64,000 bases of DNA from Styela clava (taxonomy: Eukaryota). The notes under the pieces were generated by a model. It was not told where the DNA came from, did no database searches, and saw only the letters and a program-made list of their open reading frames with translations. Made by a program: the position numbers and the translations under genes. Shown in pieces: positions 23,996 to 37,578 of this stretch (its first letter is position 1; the number at the start of each line of letters is the position of its first letter). The DNA lies in contig NC_135253.1 in NCBI RefSeq assembly GCF_964204865.1, positions 16,306,001-16,370,000 of the forward strand. The letters are read 5' to 3'.

Positions 23996-24195
23996 AGCCT
24001 TTTAGTGTTTTTTAATTTTTAACCTTTGGGAACACTTCAACTTCCGTTTTCCCTCCACTTCATCCGTTTCCTCCTTCAGCCTTTTAGTGTTGTCCCAAAT
24101 TTCCTGCGTCGAGAGAAGCTTGATTACGCAACGTCACGACCTTTGGACTTAGGTTTCGTACTTCTGCAAGTCACGCTTACAACACGTTTTACTCA

Positions 24196-24651
24196 CGCCG
24201 ATAGAATACACAAGGTCAGTCGTCGAAGTTAACTTCAGACTGTTGTCCTTTCCATCACCCGTTTTATGTGCCGCGGTCTCCATATAATTGAGCAGTATTA
24301 TCGGCTTTCTTATCCCGTGGGATATATTATAGGGCTATAGGCTACCGTAAGTCCAACGACTAACATACCAAAACCGCAACCAACGCTCGGCGTCTGCTCC
24401 ACCTTCATACGGAAAATATTCTAATTGTTCACTTTGATTTTTGAGTATGTTTTTCATGGATGATACGTATGTCCGATTTTGATGCCGCAGTTCCAAAATT
24501 TCTTATCGTAACTTGGATAGGGTATGCTCTGGACATTTATATAGAGGTAGCAAAGCCATGAGAACGGCTTACAAATGTATCGAAGCGTGCTTTCTCCAGT
24601 TAAAGAGTAAATATAACCTAAACGAGGCAACATTCGGACAACGGACGCCAT
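24196..24651 (-). pseudogene. Possible decayed coding exons of an unknown gene interrupted by the Foldback element
   Basis: Coding-like minus-strand segments MASVVRMLPRLG... / MALLPLYKCPEHTLSKLR*EILELRHQ...YEGGADAERWLRFW|gtatgt and IRKPIILLNYMETAAHK...YSIG|gtgagt. Contains a frameshift, a stop and an apparent CAG>CGG acceptor change. Confidence 0.3.
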
Positions 24652-25078
24652 TCTGAGATAATTGTGTTAATTGACAATGTCTATCATCTGATTCAAGAGC
24701 AGCGACTTGTTGGGATTTGACACTCCTATTAAAACACCCCCAATATTTTACTAATATATTAGGTAGAAAATATTTGAAAGTAGCATTTTCAAGAAAAATG
24801 TTAGCCGAACACGTTAATGTCCCAATGATGTTTGCCAAATCATTCACGGGGCTTCAAATTGCTTCTTAAGACAAGTATATTCATGCTAAGTTGCGTACAA
24901 AATAAGTTTTGAAATTCGACAATGGGGTTGCTCATGATGTCACAGATGGGAAGGAACTCGACTCGATAGCCGACTCACCTTCATTTATTAAAATTTAAAT
25001 GGCCGTTTCTTTTTTCACCTACCAACAGAAACAGATTTGTGTTAGTGTGTAGCAGGACTCTTGAATCACTTAGGATAG

Positions 25079-25386
25079 TTATTACATATCGATTTTAATG
25101 GGTAAGTATGTTGATAGGTATTTGGCTGTCTGTCTATATGTCTGTTAGATGCACAAGATATCTCACGAAAGCGAGATTGAGTCTGCTCCAGATTTTGCAT
25201 GTGCTTTCATCATATCTCGTACCAGAAACCTATTGATTTTGGGCAATTTATGTCGTATAATTAGCGAGTTATTAATTAATTAGTGATGGGACACAAAGTG
25301 TCAATATGGAGTAGGAGCGCTGTTTTGGGGGATCCCCTAACTTTCAATCGATAAGTCTTCGGTCTCTGACCGAGATTCTCGTTTTC
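25079..25386 (+). mobile_element. Helentron-associated (DINE-1/HINE-like) element
   Basis: Subterminal inverted repeats acatatcgat (25084) / atcgataagt (25347); internal gtct microsatellite; 3' stem-loop tcggtc-tct-gaccga (25359-25373); T-run ends. Confidence 0.65.
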
Positions 25387-26321
25387 ACTCCTGCTACAGC
25401 ATTCTTGCATTATATGCATGCGGATCTAACCGCACAAAAGCATATATGAAGCAGCTCATTGGAAGCAGTTAGTCCCGTATAAGAGAAACAATCGATAACA
25501 CAATTCTGTTTCACACAAGTTGACAGTTCGACTGTAAAACTGTGGCCTATTGGACCTGGTCGGTCATGAGAATATTACCAGTTGTATTTGATTTTATTGC
25601 TTCTTCGCACAGGTTGCAATAAACGCACTTCGAGTCCGCAAAGGTTTTCGCGGGTGAGAAAATATACTCCAGATAAAAATCAAATACAACAGAATTGTAA
25701 CGAATTTCAAAATCGGAAATTCGCTGCAATTACGCGTTCGTTAAAAAGAGCCGACTTTTTCAGTGTATAATTGGCTTTCTGTCGCTCAATAATCAATCCA
25801 ATGTCTTTCTATATTAATTTATTTGTGTTCGTGGTAACTAGCGGTTGCGTCGACTTACGACAAGGTGAAAGCATTTCTTCTTTAAAATGCCAATCGGCAA
25901 TCTGTGAACGTAATAATGTGAGACTATATTGCCCGATTATATTTAATTTTGTTACATATTTTTGCGATCTTGCAAATTTGTTATCGTCGTTAGAAAAATC
26001 TCAATATCTGTTATAAATTTCCAGAAAGTACAACTTGATTCAGTACCTAATAATAATATATTTAAAATATATTAGTAAATGAAAAAATGAATATTCATCG
26101 CCTTGCTTTATTATTATTAATTTAATTGTGATCATGTTGGCGAAATAAAAGCAATAGGCTACTACTCAGAAAATATCATGACAATCCGTGGACACAAAAA
26201 TGCGTGGTAAAGGCCCGATTATATTTTGTTTTGATTCATATTTTTGTGAATTCAACAAATCTGAGCTGTTCGCACAACGCTTACTAGTACTGTACGGCGT
26301 ATCAATGTTGAGGCAGTATAG

Positions 26322-26804
26322 CAGGGGTCGGGAACCCATGGCTCGCGAGCCATATATGGCTCTTTTGGTGACGGCATATGGCTCTCAGAAAAATCTAATA
26401 TCCCAAGACTAAGCTTACTATTGTTACGAGATTTCAAATTCTTTTATAGCCAAATTTGGCAGGAAATTCCCAATACGTTTGAGAACGCGCGTCCAGCACA
26501 TGTCTATGTTATGTAAGATAATTACCAGACAGGCATTGTGACAAACAAGGGGATTCTGGAACATATATTGTGACATCACAGAGCGATAGAGTTTTCAAAA
26601 CACTACGGAGATGCCTAAACGAAAAAGGGTGATGAGTATCGTAGATTTCCACATTGGGCTGCAAGTGAGCAGTGAGTGTGTTGATTTTTGAGTGAACATT
26701 TCAGGCCTGATTAAGTGAAGAAATGTTATATGGCTCGCACGGAAATGCAATTGAAGATATGTATATTCTATGGCTCTCTTGACCAAAAAGGTTCCCGACC
26801 CCTG
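26322..26804. mobile_element. hAT (Buster-type) MITE
   Basis: TIRs caggggtcgggaacc / ggttcccgacccctg; TSD CAGTATAG at 26314-26321 and 26805-26812. Confidence 0.9.
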
Positions 26805-26845
26805 CAGTATAGCAAACAATCCTAAGGGAAGATGCCCTGGTAATT

Positions 26846-27946
26846 CAGTATGTTCCCCAGCTTTTCCCTTTAGGGGGGGTGTTTCAAAATTTAGGGGGGG
26901 GGGGGGTAAATAATTTTCGATTAGAGATAAAACTAGGCTATTTGTATTCTTAAAAAAATGGTATGTATTTAAGAAACGATGTACATGGGGGGGGGGGGCC
27001 AAGTTGATTGACGGCGAGCCAAAATCCAGAGCAGAATGAAATTGTAGGGCCAGAAAAGGGGAGCGAGGAAAAGTGCGGGACGACACGGCTGGGGTTCAGG
27101 GCGCGCTTAAGCGCCCTGAGAAAATTCTGAGAAATAGGCACCAAAATAGGCTCTAAGCTTGATTTTTGATACACCTAGCATTGCAGTTTGTTATGTAATA
27201 AAATCAATAATTATAATATTTAACTGATAGAATTCTCGGGGAATAGATAACAAGCACGGCTTGCAACCGTAAATATATACTACCACGTTTCAACAAGTAA
27301 TTTGCAACTGATAGTGACTAATGAAGTTACTTGCTCATGACATTGTATGAATGGCTACTTATGGCTTGTTTTGTTACACATTTCTAATTTTTTTGAACAT
27401 GTTACTTTTGTATGAATTAAATTTTGAAATACGCTCGTCAACTGATCATAATGTTGTATTCCTTCAGAACTGAAATATTTTGTAAGGAGACAAATCGCTG
27501 AAGTTTGATTCTTTTCAATAAAGAAATAAAAACGCTGTCATTCATCTAAAAAACGTCTGTTTTCAGTTCCTAGTTTTCGTTTTGTGACATCTTTAAGCCT
27601 TCTTAATATATGGCTGACATCTAAAATACTGCAGTGTGTAATCATAATACCCATACCTATACATAAGATACCGGAATAATTCAATTGTTACGAAATAAAC
27701 GTGCTTAAACTGTGATAATGATGTAACAATAGACGGTATCTAAAACTCAAAAGGTACCACATGAAGGGTTGAACTATTTCACTCAAGTTCGGCGGGCCAT
27801 TTTAAATCGTCACACGGGCCGTAATTGGCCCGCAGACTGCGGTTTAGAACCCCTCAGTGTGGAATAGCACCTCAAAATTAGGGGGGGTGTTCGAAATTTT
27901 AGGGGGGGTGTTCACCCCCTATAGGGGGGGTGTAGGGAAATCACTG
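26846..27946. mobile_element. Degenerate hAT-like element with poly-G subterminal motifs
   Basis: Degenerate TIRs cagtatgttcccc / gggaaatcactg; aaattt(t)aggggggg motifs near both ends; imperfect flanking repeat cctggta. Confidence 0.45.
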
Positions 27947-30047
27947 CCTGGTATACGTATACTACGGTAGCACCCGAAATTTCGCGTGTTGCAATGTCTA
28001 AAAAGCGTTTTTAATCGGTCGCGGACCATCATAAAACGAAACTTATGGTGTTCTCCGTTTTGTATTGCCGCTTTTCAATTTGGAAAATTCGGGTTGCCAC
28101 CATCTATCGACGCGTGTGCCGACTAGTGTGTTTTCGTCGAAAATTCTTGAGTGAGTTGTGAAATCCAATCGTTTGATTATGGGACGCGCACAAGTGCAAG
28201 TGACCTGTCGCGTCTCCTGTTACCAAATTTTCGAATATTAAATTGCTATTCTAATAGTTGAATATTCGAATATATGCCCAGCCCTACTCAGTAACCAGTA
28301 ATTATTGACTCGTTTAATGTTATGTGAATAAACTTGCTTTTTATGTTCTATGTAAATTCCAACGTAAATTGTAAATTGGCTGATAGTTAAGTTCCGCAAA
28401 ATCGTTTGCGGCTCGCACGAATTTCTGGCTCGTTGCGGACTCATTCAAACGCTCCGCGGACTCATTTGAGATTGCAATGCGTCTACCAAAAATGCTTGAA
28501 AGCTAGAAACCAATGCAAAAAATACTTGATACGTTTGAAATTAAATATGCAAAGTCAACAAAAATCCGTATTACTGCACAAAAATTAGGATTATGTGAAT
28601 TTTGGAAAATATTAAGTAATGCTGTATATTTTAGATATTGATATTATAATAGACTGTGCTGTTCGGAACTTTCGAAACTTGTTCTCTACAACCCCCCCTG
28701 TTTTCAGCCGTCAAACTCAGTTGGCTGTTAGTGAGTCCTCGCCCATTTTACTCCCGGTGTACCTACCTGACAAAAATGCTTTGTAATCCGGGATTAGGCT
28801 TGGGAATAAATGACTTTTTCAGCGAAAATTAATTTTCTCGTCTTTAATAATAAACTTCGGCAGCGAATGCTCCATGTAGTACCGGTAACATTCGAAATTT
28901 AGCTGGCGTTCAATCACTTCTTCAATCTTAGATTTTTAAAAACTTGAGAATAAATTACGTAAAATTAGCTTTCAGTTTGCATTTCAAGAATGGAAAGTAT
29001 AGCAATGAGAATTACATCAATGGGTACAGGAAGAACTGTTTAAGGGCAAACTAGCCATAGTTCAATGATTTCAAACTTTTGAATGATAAACTGCGTCAAA
29101 ATGGTTAGATTGAGAATGATCAAGCCGTTGTTAGCGATAGTGTATAGTCTGCTCGAACAAATAATTTCCAGAGAGGAGAGAGAGAGATTTATATTGGAGT
29201 GAGAAGTGTGAAACGCACACGAGTGCAGTTTCTAAAATATTTGTGAGTGTTTGTCTAGGTTAGCCCTGTAAAAAGTTTAATTGGCTTTCCTAGAACAAAA
29301 GGACCGATTTCCGAAAGGGCGATTTAAAAATTAATCATAACGATCCAAGTACATGTTCGGGCGTTTGGACTGGTTTTAGTAGGACTCGTTCAAGCGGGAA
29401 ATAGGATAATAGTATCCTTTCTGCAAAGCATATAAATATATAATATATATTCTGTTGTGTGCTGGCGATGGCTTGCAACTAAGGACGAATTGCATAAGTT
29501 GTAAATATATTTCGTTTTATATATTCCTTGGATCCTTTATTCTGATTACGGTATGTGATTGTAACGTTAAGCTCCTATTCCTGCATGCAAATCTATATGC
29601 AGATATCAGGATACTGGGATATGGCGAAATGCTATTGGAAAATTTTCCCACCCTCCTGCCCTTGGTGCATCAGGCATTAAATACATCCTTACGACTGTAC
29701 AATATATAACTTTATCTATTTTTAAGATCATTATTATTTAATGACAAAGCAACCTGTAGTTCTTGATTTTAGTAAAGTTAACAAAAATATAACTTAGTGC
29801 AGTAGTGTTATTATATTATTACTAATCAGATTCAGAAATATTTGATTTGAAACATTCTGATTCGATTGTAAAGGAATAGGCTATTTAAAAGATACATTAT
29901 TCGAAAATACACTACTCATTATTTTAATTCTTATAATTTTTTTGTCATTTAGCCTACTTTTTAATTATTCAATCGGAATAAAAATATATTTCTGCTTTCA
30001 GTCTGGTTCTTATTCATTATTATTGTAATAAAACCATTCTTGTATTG

Positions 30048-33000
30048 ATGGAGGCCTCTTTAAAAAATAGCATTGTTTCCGCTTTTAAGATGCATGGATT
30101 GTCACTACGAAGGTGAGTGATAATTTTTGAAAAGGTACACAGCACTACAGCACTATGGGATTGTAACATGTGGTATAGCCCAGGAAAGAGGAGTCAAGGG
30201 AAATTTGATTCGCTCTCTGTTAAAATTTTTTTATATCTTTTGTACAAAGTCCTCGTCACAAATATGTTATGTTTTAATAAAATAGTAAATATTCAGTTGC
30301 AGTTAGAAATTATTTGAAAATATGAATTTCCAGCGCAATCACAATCCTTATTTTGATAGTTGAGGAGGGGGGATTGCTTTGTATAAAAAAAATAAAAAAT
30401 TTTGATTCATACTCAGACTTCTGAGTTCTGACTCCACATCTGTGGTGCGTTCTGGCTGTAATACTATTTAATTTCATAATATTTGAGATTTACTTGGCTA
30501 ACTCTATTGCATGTTAGCTTATGACAAGATGGACGATGCTGTCCGCTAAACCTACCAGGCTTTCAGAATCATTCTTACATAACTTTTTTTTGCAGTGATG
30601 CCAGCAACTACTTAACTGAAATACTTACAGTTGTGAATGCAGTTGAAAGAGAAGATTGGATCGATAAAATTTTAGACGAAGTTCAAAAACAAACTTGTTA
30701 GTAGTCAATTTTTACACCATGTATAAAAACTTACTGCAGGGGCGGGCAAATTACTGACCGTGGGCCGGATCTGAAGGCCCACTTGTCTGCTAAAATTACG
30801 ACTATAGTTTTTAGGAATAGAAATAAAAATATCGGCAAGAATAACGTACTGTGCCTCTTACTATTATATAAATGTTAGCCTAGATGTTGGACAACTGTTA
30901 ATAAACTGTTTTTCATATTTAGTTTTGAGCCCCTGGCCCAGTAAACGAAGTCTATTACCTGTAACTGGCCCACTCAGAAAAGTAAATGTCCGACCCTGAC
31001 TTACTGGCATGTTGAATTACGAAAAAATTTGAAAGTACCAAAAAAGGTACAAATATTCATTTCATTATTCGCTGAGGTAGGAGGAAAACATTGTTTGGCG
31101 TGTTTTACTAAAATTAATATTTATTCTGCTTTTTATCCAGATATGTTATTGCTTAATTTCTTTATTTCAATCGAGTGCATTTATATTATACATTCATATG
31201 TTTATGATTTCTATTCTTTCTGTATTCTGATAATATTCTGATATTATAATTCCTATTTAGTGTCAAGCAATATCATCGACGCAGATGTTATAGAAATTGC
31301 AATCAAAGAATGTAATGCAGAAGAAGATGGGGGGTATAGTATAGAAAGTTCTTTGTGTCTACAATGTTTTTTTTTATATTAGTGACATTTACTTCCATTG
31401 AATGGATGCACTTTCCTCTCACCCAGGATAAACATTAAAATTCTGTCCTACTGCGTCTATCTCTCCAATTACCTACAATGTACATTGCGTATCATTAGTT
31501 TCGTATTGCAATGTTTTTGGTGAATAATTCATTCCATCTTTTTTCGATTGTGTGTGAATAAAATTGTACGAAATCCAGAATAACCATTAATAAACTGTAT
31601 TGTTAGTCAAAAGCAATATCCAATTTTGGTTCCAAGAATTTAATTTGTCTCGCGTTTTACCTTTCGTTTTTACAGTGATCAAGTATTCTCAGTGATCAAT
31701 GCATTTGATATTCCAAAATATACATATTTGACAGAAAAGAAAAAATTTATCAAGTAAGGTATTTTTAAAAGTTGGTTTACATAGTTCATAACATTTGTAA
31801 GATATACCGGTAGCTTTCTGCAAGAGAATGTATTTCATTAAGCTATTTAAATGTACATCTTTTTAACCTTAGAAAAAGTGTATAGTTTATAAGGAATGGA
31901 AATTGGAACACGCATATTTTCAACAGTTCAGAGCACTGACGATATTGAAATTTGAATAAAGAGTGGGTGTGATGGCCTAGTTGTTAAAGCATTAGCCTTA
32001 ACTGTGTCGGCATCACAGATGACAGAACTTGAGTTCAAATCCCATGCCCACCACTACACCTAGGTTGTGGGTAGGCAATGTCAAACAGGGAAGATTCCAG
32101 TTTTTTTTTAAATAGTAGCTTTTTAAACATTTGCTTTGGTAATAGGGTTATATCTTTGGACATTCAGCTTCAAAATATGTTTTTTTTAAATTATCGTATA
32201 TATGTTAGTAGTATTCAATTTGATTCAGATATTCTGAGGCAAATGGTTGTGATGCAAAATTACTTTCCAAAGCCGAACACAAAGTAGAATTATTTCGTGA
32301 AAGATATCAATTATTACATCAAAGAACTATGAGGCATAAATTGTTCACTCCACCAATACCAGGTCAGTACTAAACATTTAAACAAGGATATCTATAACTT
32401 AGTAGCTGTAGCTTTGGTCTGTTTTATCTCAATCTACATGCACTGGTAATGGGTACTTACTGTCCTATGCTCTAATACTCTACTTGATCAACGACAGGTA
32501 TGGAAGATGAGGCATCGAAAAAATTCAAATTAAGAACTGTTGAATATTTACTTGGTTGCTCTTCAAAATTAAAAGATGTCATTGCCCTCGGAATGTTATC
32601 ACAACTGAAAGAGGTTTGTAATTTACACAACATTCCATGTTGAGTGACCTTCTTTGTATTACAAATACATATAGCAATTTTTTGCAGCAAATTTTTGATC
32701 TTGTTTATATATTTAAGCTCTTGTTCTCAATATATTGTGAATAAAAGTTAAAGGACATATAATATATATGCACAATTACCATCCTTTTAAATTTAAAAAT
32801 TTACAGAGGAAATATTTCTTAGAAGATTTGACAGGAGCTGTTGAGTTGGACTTGTCACAAGCTGTAAGTTATTAGCATCTTTGAAGTTAGTTTTTGGACC
32901 TCTTCTTATGTGCAGAAATAGCAATCAATTTCATGATTGAATTGGTGTGAAATTCTTTGTAGATTGCATTATCTGCTATTCTATTCTTGATTCTATATAA

Positions 33001-36000
33001 ATACAAATCCATATTTAAAGTTATTGTGGCATGGTGGTTGGATCGTGTTAAGCGATAGTAAACCCTTGCCAATGCACCTTCGATTATCTTGTGCAGGTTG
33101 GAATCTCCTTGCCGTAGGAGTGATTCAGTTCACCGCTGGTCGGTTATGACTTCTCTACCATCAAGTCCATGCGTCTGAGATAGTTAACTAATTAACTATT
33201 TCTTTAGTCGACATAGATTGGTGGCTGGACAAAAGGTTGTGGATGGTTCGGCATACGTTTAAGCTACCAGGTCGGTTTCCTTCTCCTCGCAAATATAAAA
33301 ATTGAATCCTATTATTACAGAAATTTCACTCTGGACTGTTTACTGAAAATTGTTTTGTATTGGCTGAAGGATGGTACGAAGATAATATATTTCATGTAAC
33401 TGCGTTTGGATTTCCACCTCCTGAATTGGCAAAAACAACCAGGTTTGGGAACTACAAGTTATTTCAGTGTATTTTAAACTCTCAAAAAAAAATTTATTGC
33501 CTGCAATTAATATTAATTTATATTATATATGAACCTTATTCGATCTGTCTTAATTACTATTCAATTTTTCCAGGAGAATTGTTTATTTTTTTCCCAATAC
33601 AAGTTTTTGTTTCAATAATTTTATCGTCATTTCAATATATAGCTACAAAATACATTTTCACATTTGCTTAATCAGAGCGTATTATGGCAACATCAACTTT
33701 TTCGGAGGAAATTCAGATGCGAGCTTGAAGTCGTCAACAAAATTACAACAAATAGAGAAAGAAAATGAAGACGCAATGATTGTGATTTTATCAGATGTCT
33801 GGTTTGATCAGGTTTATCTCTCTAAATTCATTTATTTTGATTGGCGATTGGTTCAGTGGTTCTCAAACTTTCATGGTCTGTGGCCTTCTACTACAAAGCC
33901 CCCCCCCCCCCCCCCCCCTAAGTCTTGTGGACTCCTGGTTTGCGATAATTTTCAACAGGTTTCCATCAGTCGTTTCAATTGCCATGTTTAATGAGGAAAA
34001 AACGACAGATTGAGTGCTACAGTGTAACGAATAATTCAAAAGTGGGTCTGAAAAATATGCCACAAGGCAGGAAGGGCAACGACATGTTATTGAAAACTGG
34101 CGAGCATTGCCCACAAACCAACCCAGATTGTAATAAATTGGGTAAATTGCCGAACTGTTATACAGAGATTGGGTAAGAGTGAAAGTCCTGTGGGACGTCC
34201 TATACAAAAAATTATGCGACGTTATTTCAAACTCACTATGTGTAAAAATATAGAAGATCTGGATTTGGTACTAAGTATTTATTATGAGTTAGAATTGAAC
34301 ATTTTTTAAATTAAAAACTTCAATTGAATAAAATCCTAGCGCTACATCTCAAACATAACATAAATATTTATATATATATTCATTTATTATCACAGGAAAA
34401 GGTTTTACAGAAACTTGAAACCATGTTTATAGGTTTTCAAGACGCTGTTCCAACTTGTTTTGTATTTTGTGGAAATTTTATTTCAGAACCTTATGGTGCA
34501 AATCATATTGCATTGTTGAAAGAATCTTTTAATAATTTTATGAAAATATTGTTGAACTTCCCTTCTATATGCCAATCGTAAGTGTTGTAGTAAGATTCTA
34601 TATCCTTAACTATTGCTAAAATTAGCCAGTCCTGTATTAGATTAGGTAAAAGATATTTGATATGCTTCTCGCAACTAACAAATGGTGGATATATAAAGGT
34701 TCATTAAACGGAGTAAAAAAAATTACGGTAATATACACTTATCAAAATAAAACCGACTTCATAACAATATTTTGATTGTAAGGTGACTTTATGAACACAC
34801 TGTATATTGAGGTATAATTTTTTCCAATTGGATTTTGAAGACAATATATATATAAAGTGCTTGCGGGCGTATATAAGAATTTTTCATATATCCTCTTAGT
34901 TATTTATAATATTGTTATTTAGTTCAATGGTTTAAATATAATTGTTCAAACTGATTTTTGTTTTGTATAATTATTATTTACCGGTATATGCAACTAAGAC
35001 CACTGAAACCATGATTTGTCAGAATTGTCTTTTTGCACCTAGCCAATCATCAATAGACGAAGAGATATTCTTGTCATTTATAACTATAAGCCTTTTCCAG
35101 GAGTAAGTTTGTTTTCGTTCCAAGTTTGGAAGATGTCGGACCATCGAAAATATTTCCGAGACCTGCACTTCCTAACTGTATCGCAGAACCTTTCACGAAG
35201 AAAATTGCAAATGCAATTTTTACCTCAAACCCATGCAGGTAAAAGATTCATTTTCTTGGTCAAATAAAATTTCTTCATTTTTGAAATATGATTAAATACA
35301 ATTTATTGACAACATTGTTTGTTTTGTAATAATTAAATTAGTGTATTAAATGAAATTTCTTCTATTTTCCACCAAGAGTAATTTAATTCAATACAGTCGA
35401 ACAGTAAAAAATTTCATTTGGGGTCCAGTCCACCTTGTTGACTTCTCAGTCTTGTCCAGCCCTCTTTCAATTATTTACCGCTGTTCACACTATTTTACAC
35501 TGCTTTGTCTGTACTTTTACTATTGTTTTGGAAATAAATCTACCAAACTATAGCATAAGATTACCTTCTAGCTAGTACTAGTGTGTGAGCTGTGAGGTGT
35601 CTGTCAAGGCATTGGTAAAACTGGTCTTACAACGTTTTGTTTTACCCCTAATCAATGTTATCTAGTTCAGACTGACAATGAATCTGTGACTGCACCTGGG
35701 TGGACAACATTAGTTCACTCTATGGATGTTTCACTTGATCCCAGAAAAATTCTCCCTATACTTTACTATTGCAAAATTTGGGAGTAATTTGGAGATTTGG
35801 CGCTTACAATCTGATTTACCTGGTTTTCATATTAATGACCAAGATTCACTTTATAGTCAATTTCTCCTTTTATTCCTCCTGGAACAAATTTGAAAATACT
35901 GAATACTACTCTACTTGCTTTTCATTCACATCCTGCCCTCATCAAGTCTTTTCTTAATCATTTCCCAATTTTTATAGGATTCAGTACTGTACTCAAGAAA

Positions 36001-37420
36001 TAGTAATATTTCGTGAAGATATCATTGGCAAAATGATTAAAAGTTGTATTCGATGTCCGACTGAACACATTCCGAGTCATGTAAGTTATATGGAATATAT
36101 CACTCTGCACCGCTTCCTTCATCTCATGTTGTTTTAAAATAGTAAACATAACACTTCTGCAGCGTATGCTCATTCAAAATGGCCAAATGTATTGCCATAT
36201 AATTATGTTCTTATCATAATCAGAATGTCCTAGCATTACTACTGCAGTTATATTACATCATCATATTTATATAAATATGAAAGTGATTCAAAGATGCATT
36301 CTATTTAATGAAATAATATCACATGAAATAAAATCCTGTAGGAGAATAGGCACAGCATTCGCAGACCATTAAATACATTAACTGACCCTTTCCCGCTCCT
36401 CAGGGTTTTTTAATTTTGTTATGCCAAATTTATAATTCACAACAGGTCAGTTTAATCCCAACTACGGATTTAAAAAAAATTGACTTCCAATTCAGCTCCG
36501 AACTCTGGGGAATTCAAATTTTGATAACGAAAACTTTGTCAATATGCAAGCCTTCCTAAATAGATTGTCAAAAACGCTTAGCTTGGTAACTTGATGCTTT
36601 TAGTTTGAGATTTTGACTCCATATCACCATTGAAAGTCTGTAATTCCGACACCACAAGCCCTAGGTATATAGATGAAACGTTGTCAATTTTCATGTACTC
36701 TTTGCAAAATAGTTTGCTTCCTTTACAGTTTGTGAAAACCATTGTTGCGCAAGCCCATCTATCACCACTACCTTTGTATATTAATCCAATATACTGGCAA
36801 CATGATCAAGCATTACGATTATATCCTCTTCCCGACTTAGTTATTGTTGCTGACAAAACATCGGAAATTTTTCATGAAACTGTGGAACTAGACTGCACTA
36901 TTGCAAATCCGGTTTGTATAAAACTTTCAGTATTACTTCAATCAGTGTTATCAGGAGATTAGAATAACCAACTCTTACATGAACGTTACATTGCCCAAGT
37001 AAGTTCTAGCACTGTGAACAAGAGAGCAATGCTCGAATAGATATGGACATGATAGTGGCACGCATCAACTCCCTTTTTTTTAAAAGCCCTGAGAGCACAA
37101 CGAATACGATCGAGAAATAAAGCATAAAGAGTGTTCTCCTTTAATTAAATCAAAACAGCAATCAAATATCAGATCCTATAGGATGCTGACGAAATTTTAA
37201 AAAAATAAAAGCAATAGCCTTCTTCTTAAAGATTCAATAATTCATGTGTTAAATCAAACACAAATCAAAACTTATGCTAATATTAGAATTCTAAGTGAAT
37301 GAGTGGTAATATTGCCTTTTTTAATATTATTCACAGGGATCATTCTCATGTTGTGACTACACGTTTAAAGTTTACTATCCATCATCAAAAACGATCGAAG
37401 ACAGCAAAATAGAAGATTAA
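30048..37420 (+). CDS. POLE2: DNA polymerase epsilon subunit 2, 14 exons, 523 aa
   Basis: Exons 30048-30112, 30596-30696, 31261-31333, 31676-31753, 32229-32362, 32498-32613, 32807-32863, 33321-33442, 33676-33811, 34396-34577, 35101-35238, 35978-36080, 36729-36911, 37337-37420; 1572 nt, phases consistent. Motifs [67 protein letters not shown]. Confidence 0.96.
30737..30998. mobile_element. hAT (Buster-type) MITE in POLE2 intron 2
   Basis: TIRs caggggcgggcaa / tgtccgaccctg; TSD ACTTACTG at 30729-30736 and 30999-31006. Confidence 0.82.
31963..32080 (+). mobile_element. tRNA-derived SINE head (related copies near 33025, 43330-43465 minus, 45860-45960 minus, 47720)
   Basis: Pol III A-box-like tggcctagttg and B-box-like gagttcaaatcc; no intact cloverleaf. 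Confidence 0.5.
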
Positions 37421-37578
37421 ATTTATTTTATTTTATCATGGCCAATTCATTTTTTACTATTTACAATAAATATTGTCACATTATACACATGTTTATTTTG
37501 AAGGCTGCTTTCTCCAATATAGACCAATATGAAATAGGTATTTCCGGAAGTTGGAGTTTTTTACTTGTTACTGATGTA

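Larger units (their letters stand above)
16873..24095. mobile_element. Foldback-type (MULE-like) non-autonomous transposon, 7.2 kb
   Basis: Perfect 9-bp TSD CAAATTTCC at 16864-16872 and 24096-24104. About 100-bp near-perfect terminal IR (ggacaacactaaaaggctgaagg...) continues into inverted arrays of a 72-bp repeat. No transposase ORF inside. Confidence 0.9.

Noticed and set aside
21668-24022. Long repetitive ORFs on both strands (MKFLPTNNEVVEVTKKLNTKRKKW)n and (FLVTSTTSLFVGRNFIHFFLLVFS)n, also at 17018-17791
   Set aside because: A by-product of a 72-bp unit (a multiple of 3) that lacks stops in one frame per strand. They lie in transposon arms, are broken by a 1-bp deletion, and show no gene structure.
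24454-24651. ORF MASVVRMLPRLG... as an alternative mitochondrial-presequence exon for IDH1
   Set aside because: The nearest AG upstream of the IDH1 ATG is 57 nt away and an in-frame TAA lies between them, so no in-frame fusion is possible.
31963-32050. Possible tRNA gene
   Set aside because: A- and B-box-like motifs are present but there is no consistent cloverleaf; degenerate dispersed copies indicate a SINE.
33899-33918. Poly-C tract giving a poly-Pro/poly-Gly ORF; poly-G tracts at 26874-26998
   Set aside because: Homopolymers inside transposon-derived intronic or intergenic sequence; the true POLE2 exon ends at 33811.
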